DNA from: Eledone cirrhosa
Lineage: Eukaryota
Direction: 5' to 3'
Length of the DNA: 64,000 nt
Assembly (NCBI GenBank): GCA_964016885.1
Contig: OZ024743.1
Coordinates: forward strand, 188,170,001 to 188,234,000
How positions within the stretch are numbered: the stretch's first letter is position 1; every line of letters begins with the position of its first letter. This document shows, piece after piece, positions 63,290 to 64,000 of the stretch. The position numbers and the translations under genes were made by a program. The notes below the pieces were generated by a model. That model did no database searches. It saw only the letters and a list, made by a program, of their open reading frames with translations, and was not told the DNA's origin.

Positions 63290-64000
63290 CAAACTTTCGA
63301 TGATGAAACTCATGGCAGGTCACCATAAAGAACCTTGCTGGTAGTATGATTTTAACAGGAAATGTTGAACACTACCCATACCATCGTGGTGTAGGAAACA
63401 TCAAGTCTCCCTGAGTGAGCGACACTGAGAATCAAGGACTCCAAACGATATAGCAAGTGTTGGAGGAAGTTTTATGCCTATGACACCTTTGATTCCTAAG
63501 ATGATTCACTGTGGATGTTGGTTATCCGTTCATCTTCAGTACATACATGAAGTGTGCAGTGTGAATGATCTGGTCTTCTATCTTGCTGCATTTACTCTGG
63601 ATACATGTAAGTTCATTTCTTATGTCCAGTTTTAGCACAAAGGGGTGAGGGCTGACATATAATACACAAACAGGTCTCTGCTGGCAGCTTTCCTATAGAA
63701 GTTGGTGCATATATTGCCTTCTTCTGTTATTCTAACTTGTAAGTCCAGCAGAGACAAGGAACCATTTTTATCAGGGTGTTCTATGGTGAATCTTATATTG
63801 TTATCTATGTTTGAGAATGTCATGGATATTATGTCAGCCTCTTCACAGGATGATGTGAGGATGAGTATATCATCTATGTATCAGGTGAAGAAGGCAGGTG
63901 TTGAGCACTGAACATTCCAGCTTGTTCTTCTAGATGGTGGCCAGTAGGCTTGGAAGACTAGATCCCATGGTTAGGCCTGTTGTTTGTTTGTTTTTATGTG
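63290..64000 (-). pseudogene. Penelope-like RT fragment
   Basis: KQTTGLTMGSSL..YIDDIL..NIRFTIEHPD..SLSLLDLQV..FYRKAA. Confidence 0.85.

Overview
AT-rich, microsatellite-rich animal DNA made up mostly of transposon copies and relics. The repeat set (RTE LINEs with (ATG)n tails, R4/Dong, Tx1, Penelope-like elements, CORE-type and TAA-tailed tRNA SINEs) suggests a coleoid cephalopod such as Octopus; that is an inference. No complete host gene is visible, and almost all listed ORFs come from TEs or repeats. The best-supported elements are RTE copies with a PHD-type zinc finger inside the RT, several R4/Dong and Tx1 copies stacked in TAA/CAA arrays, a Chapaev3 transposon and a SINE nested in a TTAA MITE whose empty copy is also in the window, a hAT MITE, a non-autonomous Helitron, and minimal type-I hammerhead ribozymes in a Penelope-like palindrome. 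The most interesting candidate is unproven. The repeat-poor islands at 43.1, 49.2-50.5 and 54.2 kb contain + strand 3' splice sites, each followed in the same phase by a short stop-terminated peptide (-INSWL*, ESTI*, DAPVVI*, -IFLQI*, -TCHPL*). Most of these ends fit PDZ-binding motifs, and the cluster contains competing base-pairing boxes and a TGCATG motif. This may be a cassette of alternative C-terminal tails for an unidentified gene whose body lies upstream.
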